DNA of 64,000 bases from Dimorphilus gyrociliatus (lineage: Eukaryota; Animalia; Annelida): contig CAJFCJ010000011.1 of NCBI GenBank assembly GCA_904063045.1, positions 930,001 to 994,000 of the forward strand, in the 5' to 3' direction. Of this stretch, positions 13,901 through 25,935 are shown one piece after another. The translations under genes and the position numbers were made by a program. The notes below the pieces were generated by a model. The model made no database searches, was not told the origin of the DNA, and worked only from the letters and a program-made list of their open reading frames with translations. Every line of letters begins with the position of its first letter. The first letter of the stretch is position 1.

Positions 13901-14753
13901 AGCCATAGAAACTCGACAAAATGGTATCACTATTCAAATGGTTACAATTGAGAAAAAAATTGATCTAATGACCAAAGCAATAGCTAGCAAGCCTTACAAC
14001 TCAAATATCTTTTTTGTCAAAAGATATTCGCAATTAGCAACTTTAATTGACCCTATTGCTGATGGAGTATGCGACAAAGTCAATGAATGCTCTCCAAATC
14101 CTTGTCAAAATGGAGGACAGTGTATTGATGGACTGAATCAGTTTTATTGCAGATGCCCAGCTCTGTACACGGGAAAGAAATGCGAGTTACGATGTAATAC
14201 TAGAAAAGATGTTGTTCTTATTCTTGATGGAAGTGGTAGCGTTTCAGAGCAATATGAAATGACTCAGAAAATAGCTTCTGAAATTGTTTGGTCGTTAAAT
14301 TTTAATCAACAAAGAACAAGAGTAGGCGTTGTAACTTTCAACGATACAGCAACTGCTAGATTTCACTTAAATACTTATACTAATCAGCAACAAGTTTTGA
14401 ATGCTATTGCATTTGGCCCACCGAGAGGAAGAACTCACACAGCTTCAGGATTAAACTTGGCTTCAACAGAAATGTTTAGCTTTTCAAATGGGGATAGAAA
14501 TGGTGATGAAAATATTGCTATACTGATTTCGGATGGTCGTTCAAATGTTAATTCTGGTGCTAATATGGGCGAAGCCAGAACCTTAAAACAGACGGGAGTT
14601 AAAATTTTCGGAATAGGCGTTGGTAACAATGTAGATCGAAGAGAAATCGAAAGTATTGCCTCCTCACCCTCATCAAAGTACGCTCTTTTCATTAGAGAAG
14701 AAAAAGAGATTACTGCCAAGACTCGCTCTCTAGCTGAAAGTCTTTGTTTGTAG
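10951..14753 (+). CDS. Secreted VWA-VWA-EGF-VWA-EGF-VWA-EGF-VWA protein (matrilin/collagen-VI-VWA-like), about 1089 aa
   Basis: Exons 10951-11041 (signal peptide MSLVIFAALCYLVSSA), 11517-12889 and 12948-14753 join in frame (3270 nt). Five VWA domains each carry MIDAS DxSxS (VLDSSGS, ILDTSGS, ALDSSGS, AIDSSGS, ILDGSGS). Three EGF repeats (CEPNPCHNGGVC, CDPNPCKNGGVC, CSPNPCQNGGQC). Confidence 0.9.
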
Positions 14754-15371
14754 ATCTTAAAGTATTTCTACTCTCTTGTCATGCTCTTTCTTTTCTTGCC
14801 AATTTGTATTATAAAAGCTTTTTTTATTTTGTCCCTATGCATTGAAATAGACGGATAAATTTAACGTTACACTTAAGATATAGACTAGTACAGTATATAC
14901 TGTATACATATATATGTTATATCAAGTCATTACATATTGTACCCCACGGAAAAAAATTCAGTTTGTCCATATAGGTTTTGTAGAAAAAAGTCGAAAATGA
15001 TTGATAGGATCTCTGACAGAAATTGTATGATATTTTAAAAAATTAAATTCAACATGTAGATAGTTTGTAAATTTTCCACTTTGCAAAGTTTTCCTAAGTT
15101 ATAACTCTTTATATAATAAAATATTCATCGTTGAACATATCACATTATTTTAATTAGGTAAACTGTACACAGTATATATTATATATGATATTTTATATTT
15201 TTATATGTCATTTCATCAGTGTTTCTTTCGAATGAGCTATTTCATGTATATATTAATAAATTCTTAAATACAGTTAATTAACATAGCTTACAAAATATAA
15301 TTTGCAAATTCGACACGGAACCTCGTTTCTTTTGTCCATTTCAAATTTTTAATAAACCAACAGATAATTAA

Positions 15372-17293
15372 CTAATGATGATGATTAAGAGACAATATAA
15401 CAGGAAGAAGAGCACCAATTACCATCAGTATCAACTGAGTTCTGGTAAAAGTTTTAGACTCTTGAATTATGATTGTTCCATCAGCCTTGACAGATCGTGT
15501 AGGAGATGATGATACGAGTTCTGGAAGGACATGCACTGTCGAAACATACAAAAAAGTTCCAGCACTGAATAGCATAGCTATTCCAGTTGCGTTTATGTCA
15601 GACAAGGCTTCTTTACTACCCTGTTGGTAAAATGTTTGTTATAGTTTGAAATATGTTTGATCAGTGTGAGTAGCATAAATAATGTAAGTCCCCGTTTTAA
15701 AATGCATTAAACAAATAAGTAAAAGCTGAATTAACCAATATTCATCTTTCATAAATTACCTGTGCAAGGCCAAAGAAAGTTAAGACAGCTGCTATTGGAG
15801 CAGCAGCGGAAAAAATAGCAAGATGCTTTTTTATTCTTGACCTATCGAATCCTTCATGAAGTAGAAATGAAGTTAGGCCAAAAGCTGCTGGAGCCTGTAG
15901 TGTCAGAATAATTTGATTTAAAAAATTTGTATATATATACGAATAATACTTTCTTGCCTTATGTAGCATAATAGCAGCAAATACGATTATTTCTACATGG
16001 GTTTCAGATGTCGTTGCAGCGGCTCCAAGGGCTATGCCATCAGCTTAAAAAAAGAGACTAGTTACAATTACATAACATTTAAATAAGATCTAAAAAGTCG
16101 ATATAAATGAAAAGAACTATTTAAAATAAGAAACGGGGTAAATTTGACTGAAAATAGATCACACAATATACTAATATTTTCAAATTGTTAAACTTAAAAA
16201 ACAAAGATACTCTTAGTATGTGAAAAGTATTTTGTTGACTAGATAATGCTGTCCACCTCTTCTGACAAATTTCAAGCTAGTTAAGGCTTTGTAAAAGAAA
16301 TTACAGTAAAGTGCATATTAGTCTTACCAGCTGCGTGAACAACTAGACCTAGAGTAGCTGTAATTTTATTTCTGTTATGGTGACTTGTTTCAGTTGCATC
16401 TGTAAAGGAGAATTTTTAAAACCCATGATAAAAACGTTTGCTTACTAACCTATGCTCTGAACGTGAGTATGTTTTCCGCCTAGTTGGTCGATGATCAACA
16501 TGAAAACAAATCCCAATACTAAAGCTATCCCTATGAAAGTATGCATTTCAGTTCCAGCATGAATATGTTCGGATTGATGATTTATAGCATTTATTTTCAT
16601 TTCATTTTGAGATGGTCTTTCTATTTCAGCAACGGTCAATAGACTTCTTGATAATCTCCTATGTGTGTGAGGATCTGTAAAATATGCGTATATTTTATGA
16701 ATAATATAATCAATACATAGAGAAGTCTGCTAATTTTTTTAGAAGTCATTGATTGAAGATCTTTATCACTGTTGTCGCCTTCAACAAAATGTTATCAATA
16801 ATCTTTTACTGCTACTTCACTTAGTTTATTATAATTTATGAATTAAAATATTAAATATAAATTCAGTCTTTTCTCATTAAGAAGTTTTTTTTACGAGCAC
16901 AAAACACAGACAGATTTAGTATATACTCCATATACACTACTAATCAAACAAACACATTTCTTTGGAATTTTAAGTTAGAACAATAAGTCCTAATATCTAA
17001 ATACTTACGAGAAGCAGAGTACAGGCTGTGAACTCCTTCTGGGATTATAACAGCTAACGCAGTTCCAACTAACAAACCGGCTCCCATTGTCGAGACCAAT
17101 TTTAACTTTTCCTGAAAATAGAATAATAGAGTGAATACATATGTTAAATTTCGAATCAGTAAACTTAAGCACGCAGACTTGAAATAAAATAGCAAACCTC
17201 AGACATTGTAATAGCTAAAGGGATGGAACCGGAAAAATAACAACCGACAAGCATTGCCGTACTAAAGAGTAGAAGGGTTGCTATATCATCCAT
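15372..17293 (-). CDS. SLC39A9: Zinc transporter ZIP9
   Basis: Starts [32 protein letters not shown]|[31 protein letters not shown]. Contains [28 protein letters not shown]|APAAFGL and [18 protein letters not shown], and ends LNHHH* (TAG 15372-15374). All are ZIP9 hallmarks. Confidence 0.95.
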
Positions 17294-17644
17294 CGTGATT
17301 ATTGGTTTTATTAAGTCACTAATGAGTTTGTAATCAATAATCTGGTTAATATCCTCTGTATGTTATCATCGTGGCAAAATGGTATCTAAAAATTGCCGAT
17401 AGGTAGCATTGTAATAGGGTTATTCCCATATTTCGACTGGTTCTTGGTACTTTTTTGTTTTATCGTATACACAAGTGCAGGGAACTGGGAACCAACTGGG
17501 AATCTTGTTAGATCGTGTGAATGACGTCAGCGACAAAATCGAAAAAAATTACGAAATCATTGTTCTGAAAAGAATACAATACCATAGAACTTTTTATTTT
17601 TCATTCATGGTGCAACTTAGGCTATATAAATAAAAAAACTCAAC
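17294..17644. promoter_or_regulatory. Head-to-head (bidirectional) promoter ZIP9/SPRTN with a CRE palindrome
   Basis: The two ATGs are 351 bp apart and divergent. Perfect TGACGTCA at 17522-17529. Confidence 0.55.
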
Positions 17645-19095
17645 ATGTCTCTGTCAGATTATGAGTTAGCTCTTCGACTTCAAATGCAAGAAGATGAAAA
17701 AACTGCTTCACCAAAGAACGATAATACACATAAAAAACCAGCAAAAAATATTTCGATTATTGATTCAGAATGGGAAACCATTGATCCAACGCCAGATATT
17801 CATGGAATGTTTGTAGAATTTAATAAGAGATATTTTTGGAATAAACTGGGTGCTTGTGAAGTATCTTGGAGCCAGAGAATGACTTTGTAAGTGTTAATCT
17901 TAAAACTTTCATTTTTATAATTGTTTATATTTTTTAGATGTGCTGGTCTCTGTCGCTACGAAGGAAGAGGTCGACTTTGTTCAATTAAATTATCAGTTCC
18001 CTTGTTAAAGTTAAGGCCACGAAAGGATCTAGTAGAAACCTTACTGGTAAAATACTGACTCCTTTATATTATGAAATAAATTAATATTCTTTACAGCATG
18101 AGATGATACACGCTTATTTGTTTGTTACTGAAAATAATCGAGACAGAGAAGGTCATGGACCCGAATTTCAAAGTCATATGAGAAGAATAAACCAGGAAAC
18201 AGGGACTAACATCACTGTAAGTCCATAAGAATGATTATATTTGGCTTGTATTAACTTCACAACTTTGTTTTAGATTTATCATAGTTTCCACAATGAAGTT
18301 GAACTTTATCGTCAACACTGGTGGAGGTGTGATGGTCCATGCAAAGACAGAAAACCTTTTTTTGGTTATGTTAAAAGAGCAATGAACAGAGCTCCAGCTC
18401 CAAGAGATCCTTGGTGGAACGACCACAAAGCATCATGCAATGGTACATTTCATAAAGTAAAAGAACCTGAGAATTATTCAAAAAAGAAAGAATCTAAGAA
18501 CGCCCTATTGGGAAAAGCTCAGCCAACTATTAGCTCTTTATTTAAGAAAAATGATAAGAAAAAAACTGTTCCATCTCCAAGCAAAAATTCTGTCCCAAGC
18601 AATGATGCAATTGGGGAAAATGCTCAAAAGAAGAGCCCCATTGCAGCTTTCAAAGGAAAGGGACGTAAGCTAACTGATGATTCCAGGCATATTGACGTCA
18701 AAAGACGACGAATACCTGGATTATTTGATCCAGAAGAAGACAAAGAATTAAACGAAATAAACTCTGTATTTGATTCAGACTCAGATGATGACAGTTTGGA
18801 TAGGATTCTCGAAGAGAGAAGAAAACAAATAGACAATAAAATGAAGCTAAAAGAAAACAAAAAACAGTCAAAAGAAACTTTAAAAAGAAAATCTGATGAC
18901 GAAATAAAAAATTCTAAACGACCCTGCATTTGGTTAGATGAGGAAGCTTCGACTTCCGAAAACTTATACTCTAGTTTTGGTTCTGTTTCTGTAACGGATA
19001 ATTCTCCTTTCACATGCGACTGTCCAGCATGTGGTATGAAAATTATTGAAACATATATAAATCAACATTTGGATGAATGCCTCAAAATGACTTAG
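17645..19095 (+). CDS. SPRTN: SprT-like DNA-protein crosslink protease Spartan
   Basis: WETIDPTPDIHGMF...EVSWSQRMTL|CAGLC...RPRKDLVETLL|HEMIH (HExxH at 18097-18111)...GHGPEF. Zn-binding HWWRCDGPC...WWNDHKASCNG. PIP-like QPTISSLF, SHP box FKGKGRKL, and C-terminal UBZ4 CPAC...INQHLDECL. Confidence 0.95.
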
Positions 19096-19274
19096 CATTG
19101 ACTTAACAGGGATTTATTAAAAAATTAAACGTTTTCTTCTTCATTGATTAATAATTTGGTCTTTACATTCTTGCTTTTATCAATATCTACACTATCTTTT
19201 TTCTGTTGTTACATGTTGCAGAAATGGTTGAATAGACGTGACATCGAGAAACAATACGATCTTATTGCGTATTT

Positions 19275-21100
19275 TCACGTCCTTAACTGAGGCTTATATT
19301 TGGCCGTATATCTGTATGAAAAGATATTTATTTTCTGATATTGGTGAAATATTGTTCTACTTACTTGTCTAATACCTCCCAAAAATTTTGAAGGGTTGCA
19401 CGATCTAAGTGACGTTTATGCTTGTCCAATTTTAATACAGTGACGTTCCATTTTGACACATTGCTGTCCAAAGGCATGTCTTTCCACATTAGATGAAATG
19501 CTTTAACTGAAAAATTCTTTCTTAGTATTTTATTTATGATAAATTTTGAAATGTATACTTTTATCAAAAATGTCGACTGGATTGCCACCTAAGGGCCACC
19601 CTTTAAATTGCCACGCTGGACCTTGCACAAAAACGGCAACAACTCTTTCCCAGTCTTGAGATATTAACTTCATTGGTTGATCAATTATTCGATAAGGAAC
19701 GGTTACACCTTGAGCTTTTTGTCTTTGTATAAGAACTTCACTCTCCTTTCGGACATTTTTTGCCCGTTGTTCCTCTGTGGAGACATACCGTAGATCCCCT
19801 AAAATTTCTTTGGCATTATATGTATTAATTAGAGAGGTAATAGCGGCAGGAACAACGATAATTGGTGTTTTTGAAACTCGTTTACTTGGCTTATCAACTG
19901 CTGGAGAAGCTCGAGGATCAGAGACAGGACGACTATTTGCGTTATTTTGAGAGATATTGGAACTGTTATTTTGTGGTTCAGTTTTCCTAGCAGAAGCACC
20001 CTCAGTTACTGATTTTAGTGTCATACCATGATAAGAACCCATGGTGTTGATTTTGAACTCTTCTGTTTCTGTATTCCTTGTGAAACTTTCTTGTATATAT
20101 CTTGAATAGGAGGATATCACTGGCGGTTTATTTGTGGATGGAACATGAGGTGCATTTGTTGAGAAATTATGTTTTGAGCCTTCTTCTCTTGCCTTTACGG
20201 ATTGTAAAATTCCAAAAACATTTTTGGAAAAATCTCGACCAGAACTACATAAGGTAGATGTTCGAGTGCGATAAACACGTTCCTTACTCATAATGTCTCT
20301 AGTAACGTCAATATCGGCATGAACAAAAGCACTAGGTTGTTCCTCTGCAACTTTTACGACATCTTGGTCAACAATTGTATTTCTTTTTTTTTGAAATCTT
20401 TTCATTTTGAACACCGCAATTTGTTCGCTGGTAAATCTCTTTGTAAGTTCAGAATCAGCCATATTTTCTGGTTGTAAATTGTTCATCTTTGGTCTTTCTA
20501 ATTTCTTAGCTAAACGCTCTTTATCTTTTTGAAGATCGGCTTCTTCAACATAGTCAAGCCTCATCTTTTTTCTACTTGTCTCTGTTAGATCTTCTACTGA
20601 TTTTTCACTCTCCTGAACTTGTTGCCCCACATGAATTGGGGCTTCAATAGTAACCATTTTATCGATTGCATTACAAGTATCGCTTCGACCAGTCAAATAA
20701 GCAACTAATTCCTTACGATCTGGCCTATTAACGGCTGGAACTCCCACTGACTAATGTAAAGAACGCTTTCAGATATTATGCAAAAGTAAAAGATATAAAA
20801 CAAACCGCAGCCTCTCTGACATACAACGGATGTTGTACTTCAAGCTTTTTAAGTAAAAACAATAAAGAGTCCAATCTGTAATATTGTTTGGACCCATCAT
20901 CGTTTTTCGCTCTGGAGAATATTAATATTCGGTTTTTACATAAGAGATATGAAGAAAATGAAAACTTACCCCCATATGACATAATTAGTTTTAGCATCTT
21001 TATTCCATGCTAAATCACCAAATATTATTTTTCCATCTTTTTCTATAATATTACGTTTATTTATCCAAAATTGCCTTAAAACGCTCAACGGATCCGCCAT
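19275..21100 (-). CDS. CDC73: Parafibromin, PAF1 complex subunit
   Basis: Starts [11 protein letters not shown]...KTNYVIWG. Contains [59 protein letters not shown] and HKRHLDRA. The last exon is [12 protein letters not shown] (TGA 19275-19277). Confidence 0.97.
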
Positions 21101-21560
21101 TTTGTTTACTGAGAAAATGGAATTGGACTAAAACACGCTTAGAATTTTCGTAAATTTTCTGTCATGTATGAGAAATAATGTTATGATTCAGAAAACGTTT
21201 GCTGTTTCATTTTTTTTCATTCTCTAATAAATTAAAGTTATGAATAGATAATAGTTTTATTTAATTTGAAAAATTTAGTGAAATTTTCTTTTTTCTAAAA
21301 CTAAAATTTGTATTACAGATAGCTTACAGAAACACAAATATAATGTTGACAGGGTGACACCTATTTAAAATATTGTTTAATCATAGATAACTATTAAAGT
21401 AGGTTTATACAACTTTAACTTTAAATATAAAACATTCGTCACGTCTACTTTACGATGTCCATAAAAGTTGCGCATGCGCTTTAACAAGACAAACGATAAA
21501 TAGTCGTTTGAGTAATTCTTTTTCAATATTTCAGTATCTTGATTAGTGAACAGTTTAACA
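21094..21560. promoter_or_regulatory. Head-to-head promoter CDC73/CWC21 with NRF1- and YY1-type sites
   Basis: The ATGs are 460 bp apart and divergent. TGCGCATGCGC (NRF1/EWG consensus) at 21469-21479 stands out against the AT-rich background. CCGCCATTTT (YY1 consensus) at 21094-21103 overlaps the CDC73 start codon. Confidence 0.55.
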
Positions 21561-22826
21561 ATGTACAACGGAATTGGTCTTCAAACTGCTAGAGGATCTG
21601 GAACCAATGGATATGTTCAGAGAAATACAGCCTTTATTAAAAAGGCGAAAGGTAAAGTTGACTATAAAACTGAAGCACAATTAGCTCCACCAGAGAGAAA
21701 GCCAAATCAAGAGCTTTTGGAACATGAGCTAAAGAGACAAATTGAAATCAAGTGTATGGAAATGGAAGACCTAATGTCGTCACAAGGGTAAGGATTGAAT
21801 CTGTGCAGATTGGGAAATATTAAAATGTAACTTTTAATAGGTTTCCTGATGACGAAATTCAAAAGAAAGTAAGTAAATTTCGAGAAATGCTGCGCAAGGA
21901 ACAACTTGCTGACGATGGAGCATACGTCAAAGATGTTAGGGGGAAAGTAATGTGAGTAATATGACAAAATAATTTTTTGAGACCTGTTTTAATTCTTGAA
22001 TCATTTTAGGTCCCAGGCTACTCATTGCAAAATTGCAATGAATCAACAAAAGAATCAGGCTTTAAAAGATGCTCTTAGAATTAGTAGAGATTACGTTGAT
22101 GGAAGTTCTCTTAGTGCAAATAAACTAGAAATGGAGCAAAACGCAAGAGAAAAGAGAAAATTAAAAGAAGAGTATGCTATATTTAATTCTGCTATTAATT
22201 AAATGGTATAATTAATATTCTGATGTTCTGAATAGAGAGTCAAAGAGAGAGAGAGAGAAAGAAAGAAATAGCGAAATGGAAAAGGAAAAAGCCTCGAAAC
22301 AACAAGAAAGAGAGCCCTTGTATATAATCACGCTTAACATGTTAAAATTCAACTGATAAATTTATAATTGTATCCAGGCCAAAAGAAAAAAAAGCTAAGA
22401 AGAGAACGCATAAACGGTCGAAGTCTAGCTCTTCATCATCATCGTCATCATCATCGTCTTCCTCGTCTTCATCATCAGATTCTTCGGACTCCTCCAGTTC
22501 GTCGGACTCTGAAAGTCCTCTTTCAGATTCAGAACAGTAAGACTTAAATCAAACTCAATAAAATTCTTTTGTTACGCACTCGTAAATTCATTTTCAGTGA
22601 AAAACCAAAAAAGAAAAGAGGAAAACTTCATAGAAAGCACTCTGACTCATCAAAAGATTCTGAAGGGAGAGGCAGCAGACCAAGAAAGAATACATCATAT
22701 GATAAACCAAGAAACAGACAAAGATTCATTTCAGAAGAAAGAGATGATAGATTTGAAAAGCAAATGGGAGATCGAGTAAGATCTAAGGTAGTTCGTCGAG
22801 GATCAAATAGTGATAAGCGTCATTAA
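21561..22826 (+). CDS. SRRM2: CWC21-domain splicing factor (short SRRM2/SRRM3-like protein with poly-Ser and basic tail)
   Basis: The N-terminus MYNGIGLQTARGSGTNGYVQRN is the SRRM2/Cwc21 signature, followed by LLEHELKRQIEIKC and LKDALRISRDYVDGSS. Six exons join in frame, including a poly-Ser exon at about 22378-22537. Stop TAA at 22824-22826. Confidence 0.85.
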
Positions 22827-23127
22827 ATGAATTATATTTTTAATGTAAGTTTTATTCATAAATATTTATCTGTTACTGTTGTTTATTGAAAAAAAAATTG
22901 ATATAGTAAAACAGAAGTTAAATAAAATATCAGTCATAAACAAGTTTCTTTGAGTTTGAAAATTTTTTCGATAGTCAAAGTCACCTGGAGTATATTTCAA
23001 GGCAATATATCCTATTGTAGAGCAATTTAGCTCTTTTTTCAGGAAAAAAGTAATATTTAAAATTCATTTAACCGATTAATCTTATATTTTCAAATACTTC
23101 TTGTATTTCATTTTAAATTTTGAAAAC

Positions 23128-24575
23128 ATGGAAATATTTCCAAAGCAAGTAATTATGATTGCTATTGTCTACCATAATGCAGGTCAGTATTCGACGGAAT
23201 TCGTACTAATATCATGCTTGAAAAACTATCAAAATATTCATCGTTAAATATCTTCCGTTTTTAAATAACAAACTACCTGATCTACAGCTTTCCATACTAT
23301 TGCAAGTCCAGTAAGAAATTAGCAATTTATCAGAACGTATAAATTAAATATTATTTACTGGATTTAAATAGAATTCAATAAATTTTGGAGAAGGAGAGAT
23401 GTTAACTTGTGAGTGGAATGAGTGGGTTGTTGAAAATGAAGGAAAATTTCGCAAGTCCAACCAAACCTGCTCTGTTAGCTGTTCTGAAAATGGTTTGGGA
23501 GGTGTTTTGCGGTTACGACAGAGACGAACATTTAAGGGAAAAGCAAAAGCCCTTTGTCCCGGTGATGATTATACATGGATTCATGAATCGTGTAATTATG
23601 GTGTTAAATGCCCAATAAATGGTGGTTGGACAAGTTGGAAGCTTGTTAAAAAATGCGATTGTTCCAAAGGAGTCTTCTTTACGACAAGTGAAAGAAGTTG
23701 TCAAAATCCTAAACCTCAGAATAATGGAAAAAGCTGTAAGGGTAAAAGCATTACAACCAGAAGATGTTCTTGTATTGATTCTGTATCTCTGAAAGAAAAA
23801 GCAATAAATGAATCACATAATTGGTCACCTTGGTCGTCCTGTATGTGCAACGAGAGTAATACATACAAAGAGCGGACTATTAACGACTGTGATAGAATGA
23901 TTTCTGGTGTCTGCTACGAGAGGTTTCATTATTAATCATCAAATTAAGTAACTTTATTTTGTTATTTTTAGAGAAGAAGGATGCTTGTTTAACGGAAATT
24001 GTTCAAGTAAATTTTAACACACCTCAGCTACTCTGTACAATCATAAATCGAAATCTTGCAGCTGACAAATTCAATCCTCTAAAGCATACAGGTTCATGGG
24101 GCGCTTGGAATCTATTTAAATCAGGACCTTGCTCAAGGTCATGCCAAGGATATAGAAACGTGACAGATTTTCGTAGGTGTATTGAAAATTCAATTAAAGT
24201 GTCAAATGGACGATGTAAAGGACATTTTCTTAGAGTGTATAGGCGAAACTGTCATATGCATTGTCTATCAGGTTATGAATCAAGAGTAATAGTTTTTAGC
24301 TTAATAATGGATAATTTTTAAGCAGCTCCAAAAAAGAGAAACACGATTACACCAAACTCGAACCTATCTGTTTTTGTTATATTACCTACAATTGTAGGCC
24401 TAACTGCTTTTCTTTCAATCAGTTTTCTTTTAAAAGAGTTGTTAAAAAGGTATATTGTTAAGCAGAAAGCTATTTTCAACTTAAATTCAAATGTATAAGT
24501 AATTTCAGCGAAAGTTTAGTTGATAAAGAAGCAACTTCGGAAGAGACAGAAACCCGTAAGACTGTGAACTCGTAA
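23128..24575 (+). CDS. Type I membrane protein with about four thrombospondin type-1 repeats, one TM helix and a short acidic tail
   Basis: Exons 23128-23182, 23288-23310, 23372-23922, 23972-24006, 24062-24271, 24323-24449 and 24509-24575 all join in frame. TSP1 motifs: WNEW...CSVSC, CPINGGWTSW...RSCQNPKP, WSPWSSC, and GSWGAW...CSRSC...RRC. TM segment VFVILPTIVGLTAFLSISFLL. The signal peptide is weak, so the start is less certain. Confidence 0.75.
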
Positions 24576-25063
24576 ATTTTAGTATTTACATTGAAAATAA
24601 ATTTCAGATCTCAACAGTTAATGCAAAATTCAATTGTAATCTCAAATCTTTTCTCTAATCAATGGTCTTAAATTTTTTCTATTGTCAGCTTTAAGAACAA
24701 ACACCTACTGACCTATTTTCGTTGCGAAATAATTTATTAGTTCACAGTGTATAAATTATTCTTTCCCATATTCGTGTAAATGTGAAAATTGTCTAGAGAT
24801 TTTTTACTATATAACTTAGTACAACAGCGTATTTAAGACTTTGAAAGAAATACAAATATGGAGACCGCTTAGACGGAAATTTTGAATCAATTGAACAAAT
24901 ACAGTATATTTTCCTGAGAGTAAATTTTGCAATGTTAAAACAATCTACTTCAAAATTTGCCAATTGAGCTCCTTGTATGATAAAAAATTATCATGTACTT
25001 GATAATTTCGTTATGCTTTTGAAATACTAATCAATTTTCAAAAAAGCGATAGTAAACAAATCG

Positions 25064-25417
25064 ATGACTAGGAGTAGCAAATTAACTTATGGCTACTTTA
25101 CCAAAACATTTTGGTTTTCAATTCTAATCACAGTTATTGTCATAACAATTCTTTTATCGATAGCGATAATAGTATTTATCTGCTGCCATAAGAAGTATAC
25201 GAAAAAGACAAAAAGAAAATCGTCATCGAAATCAACGCCCAAGTGCATTCTAAAATCTGACAGTGAGTTTTCGTTCAAGTCTGAGAGACTATGCTGGAGA
25301 GAGTTCTTCAATAACAGTACACTAGATTTAAATAAAGAGAGTAAAGTTTCCGTTTCATCTACTTGTGCGAGCCTCTATTCTACTTTGTCAAATCATTCAA
25401 AGAATGTAAAACTCTGA
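25064..25417 (+). CDS. Single-pass TM ORF (117 aa): an orphan gene or an alternative terminal exon of the TSP1 gene
   Basis: Strong hydrophobic helix FWFSILITVIVITILLSIAIIVFI, followed by CC, a basic stop-transfer segment (HKKYTKKTKRK) and a Ser-rich tail. No recognisable family. Confidence 0.5.
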   Translation: MTRSSKLTYGYFTKTFWFSILITVIVITILLSIAIIVFICCHKKYTKKTKRKSSSKSTPKCILKSDSEFSFKSERLCWREFFNNSTLDLNKESKVSVSSTCASLYSTLSNHSKNVKL

Positions 25418-25743
25418 ACGAGAGGTGAACTCGATCATTTTATATAAAAAAAATATAAAGAAAAGATTAATCATTTCTTTTCTATAATAAAAAAAATTGT
25501 AATTACAATAAGAAAACTTGTAAATTGTTCCAATTAAACAAAAAGCTCTTCGAAAAGACTATACAAAAAGGATAATGATGGTGTATGTGTTAAAAGATTG
25601 GGAACGCCTTATAAAATTTAAATAATTAAATTATGCTCAAGAATAATATTCTTAACCTTTAAGTTTAATAAGATAAGTATATTTTCACAAAAGCTGCAAT
25701 TAAGATAACATAAACTGCACATAAATACGATCAATTTCAGATT

Positions 25744-25747
<4 letters not shown>

Positions 25748-25774
<27 letters not shown>
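25748..25774. repeat. (TA)n microsatellite
   Basis: About 13 TA units. Similar runs occur at about 27000-27020, 31128-31150 and 35002-35016. Confidence 0.9.
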
Positions 25775-25778
<4 letters not shown>

Positions 25779-25935
25779 CAATTTACCCTAACAACAATTA
25801 TGTGCTGCAAAAGGTACTTGTTCAAACGTTTCCTCTATAAAAATTTAGATATTTGTTATACGTTGTTATTAATATTATTTTTGTGTTCATAAATGCAACA
25901 CATTTTCCGACATGTTTAAGGAAATTATTGGTATG

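Noticed and set aside
18624-19013. Antisense 129-aa ORF
   Set aside because: Shadow of the Lys/Glu-rich SPRTN exon. The same applies to the antisense ORFs over the kinesin, VWA, PLCXD and FAAH exons.
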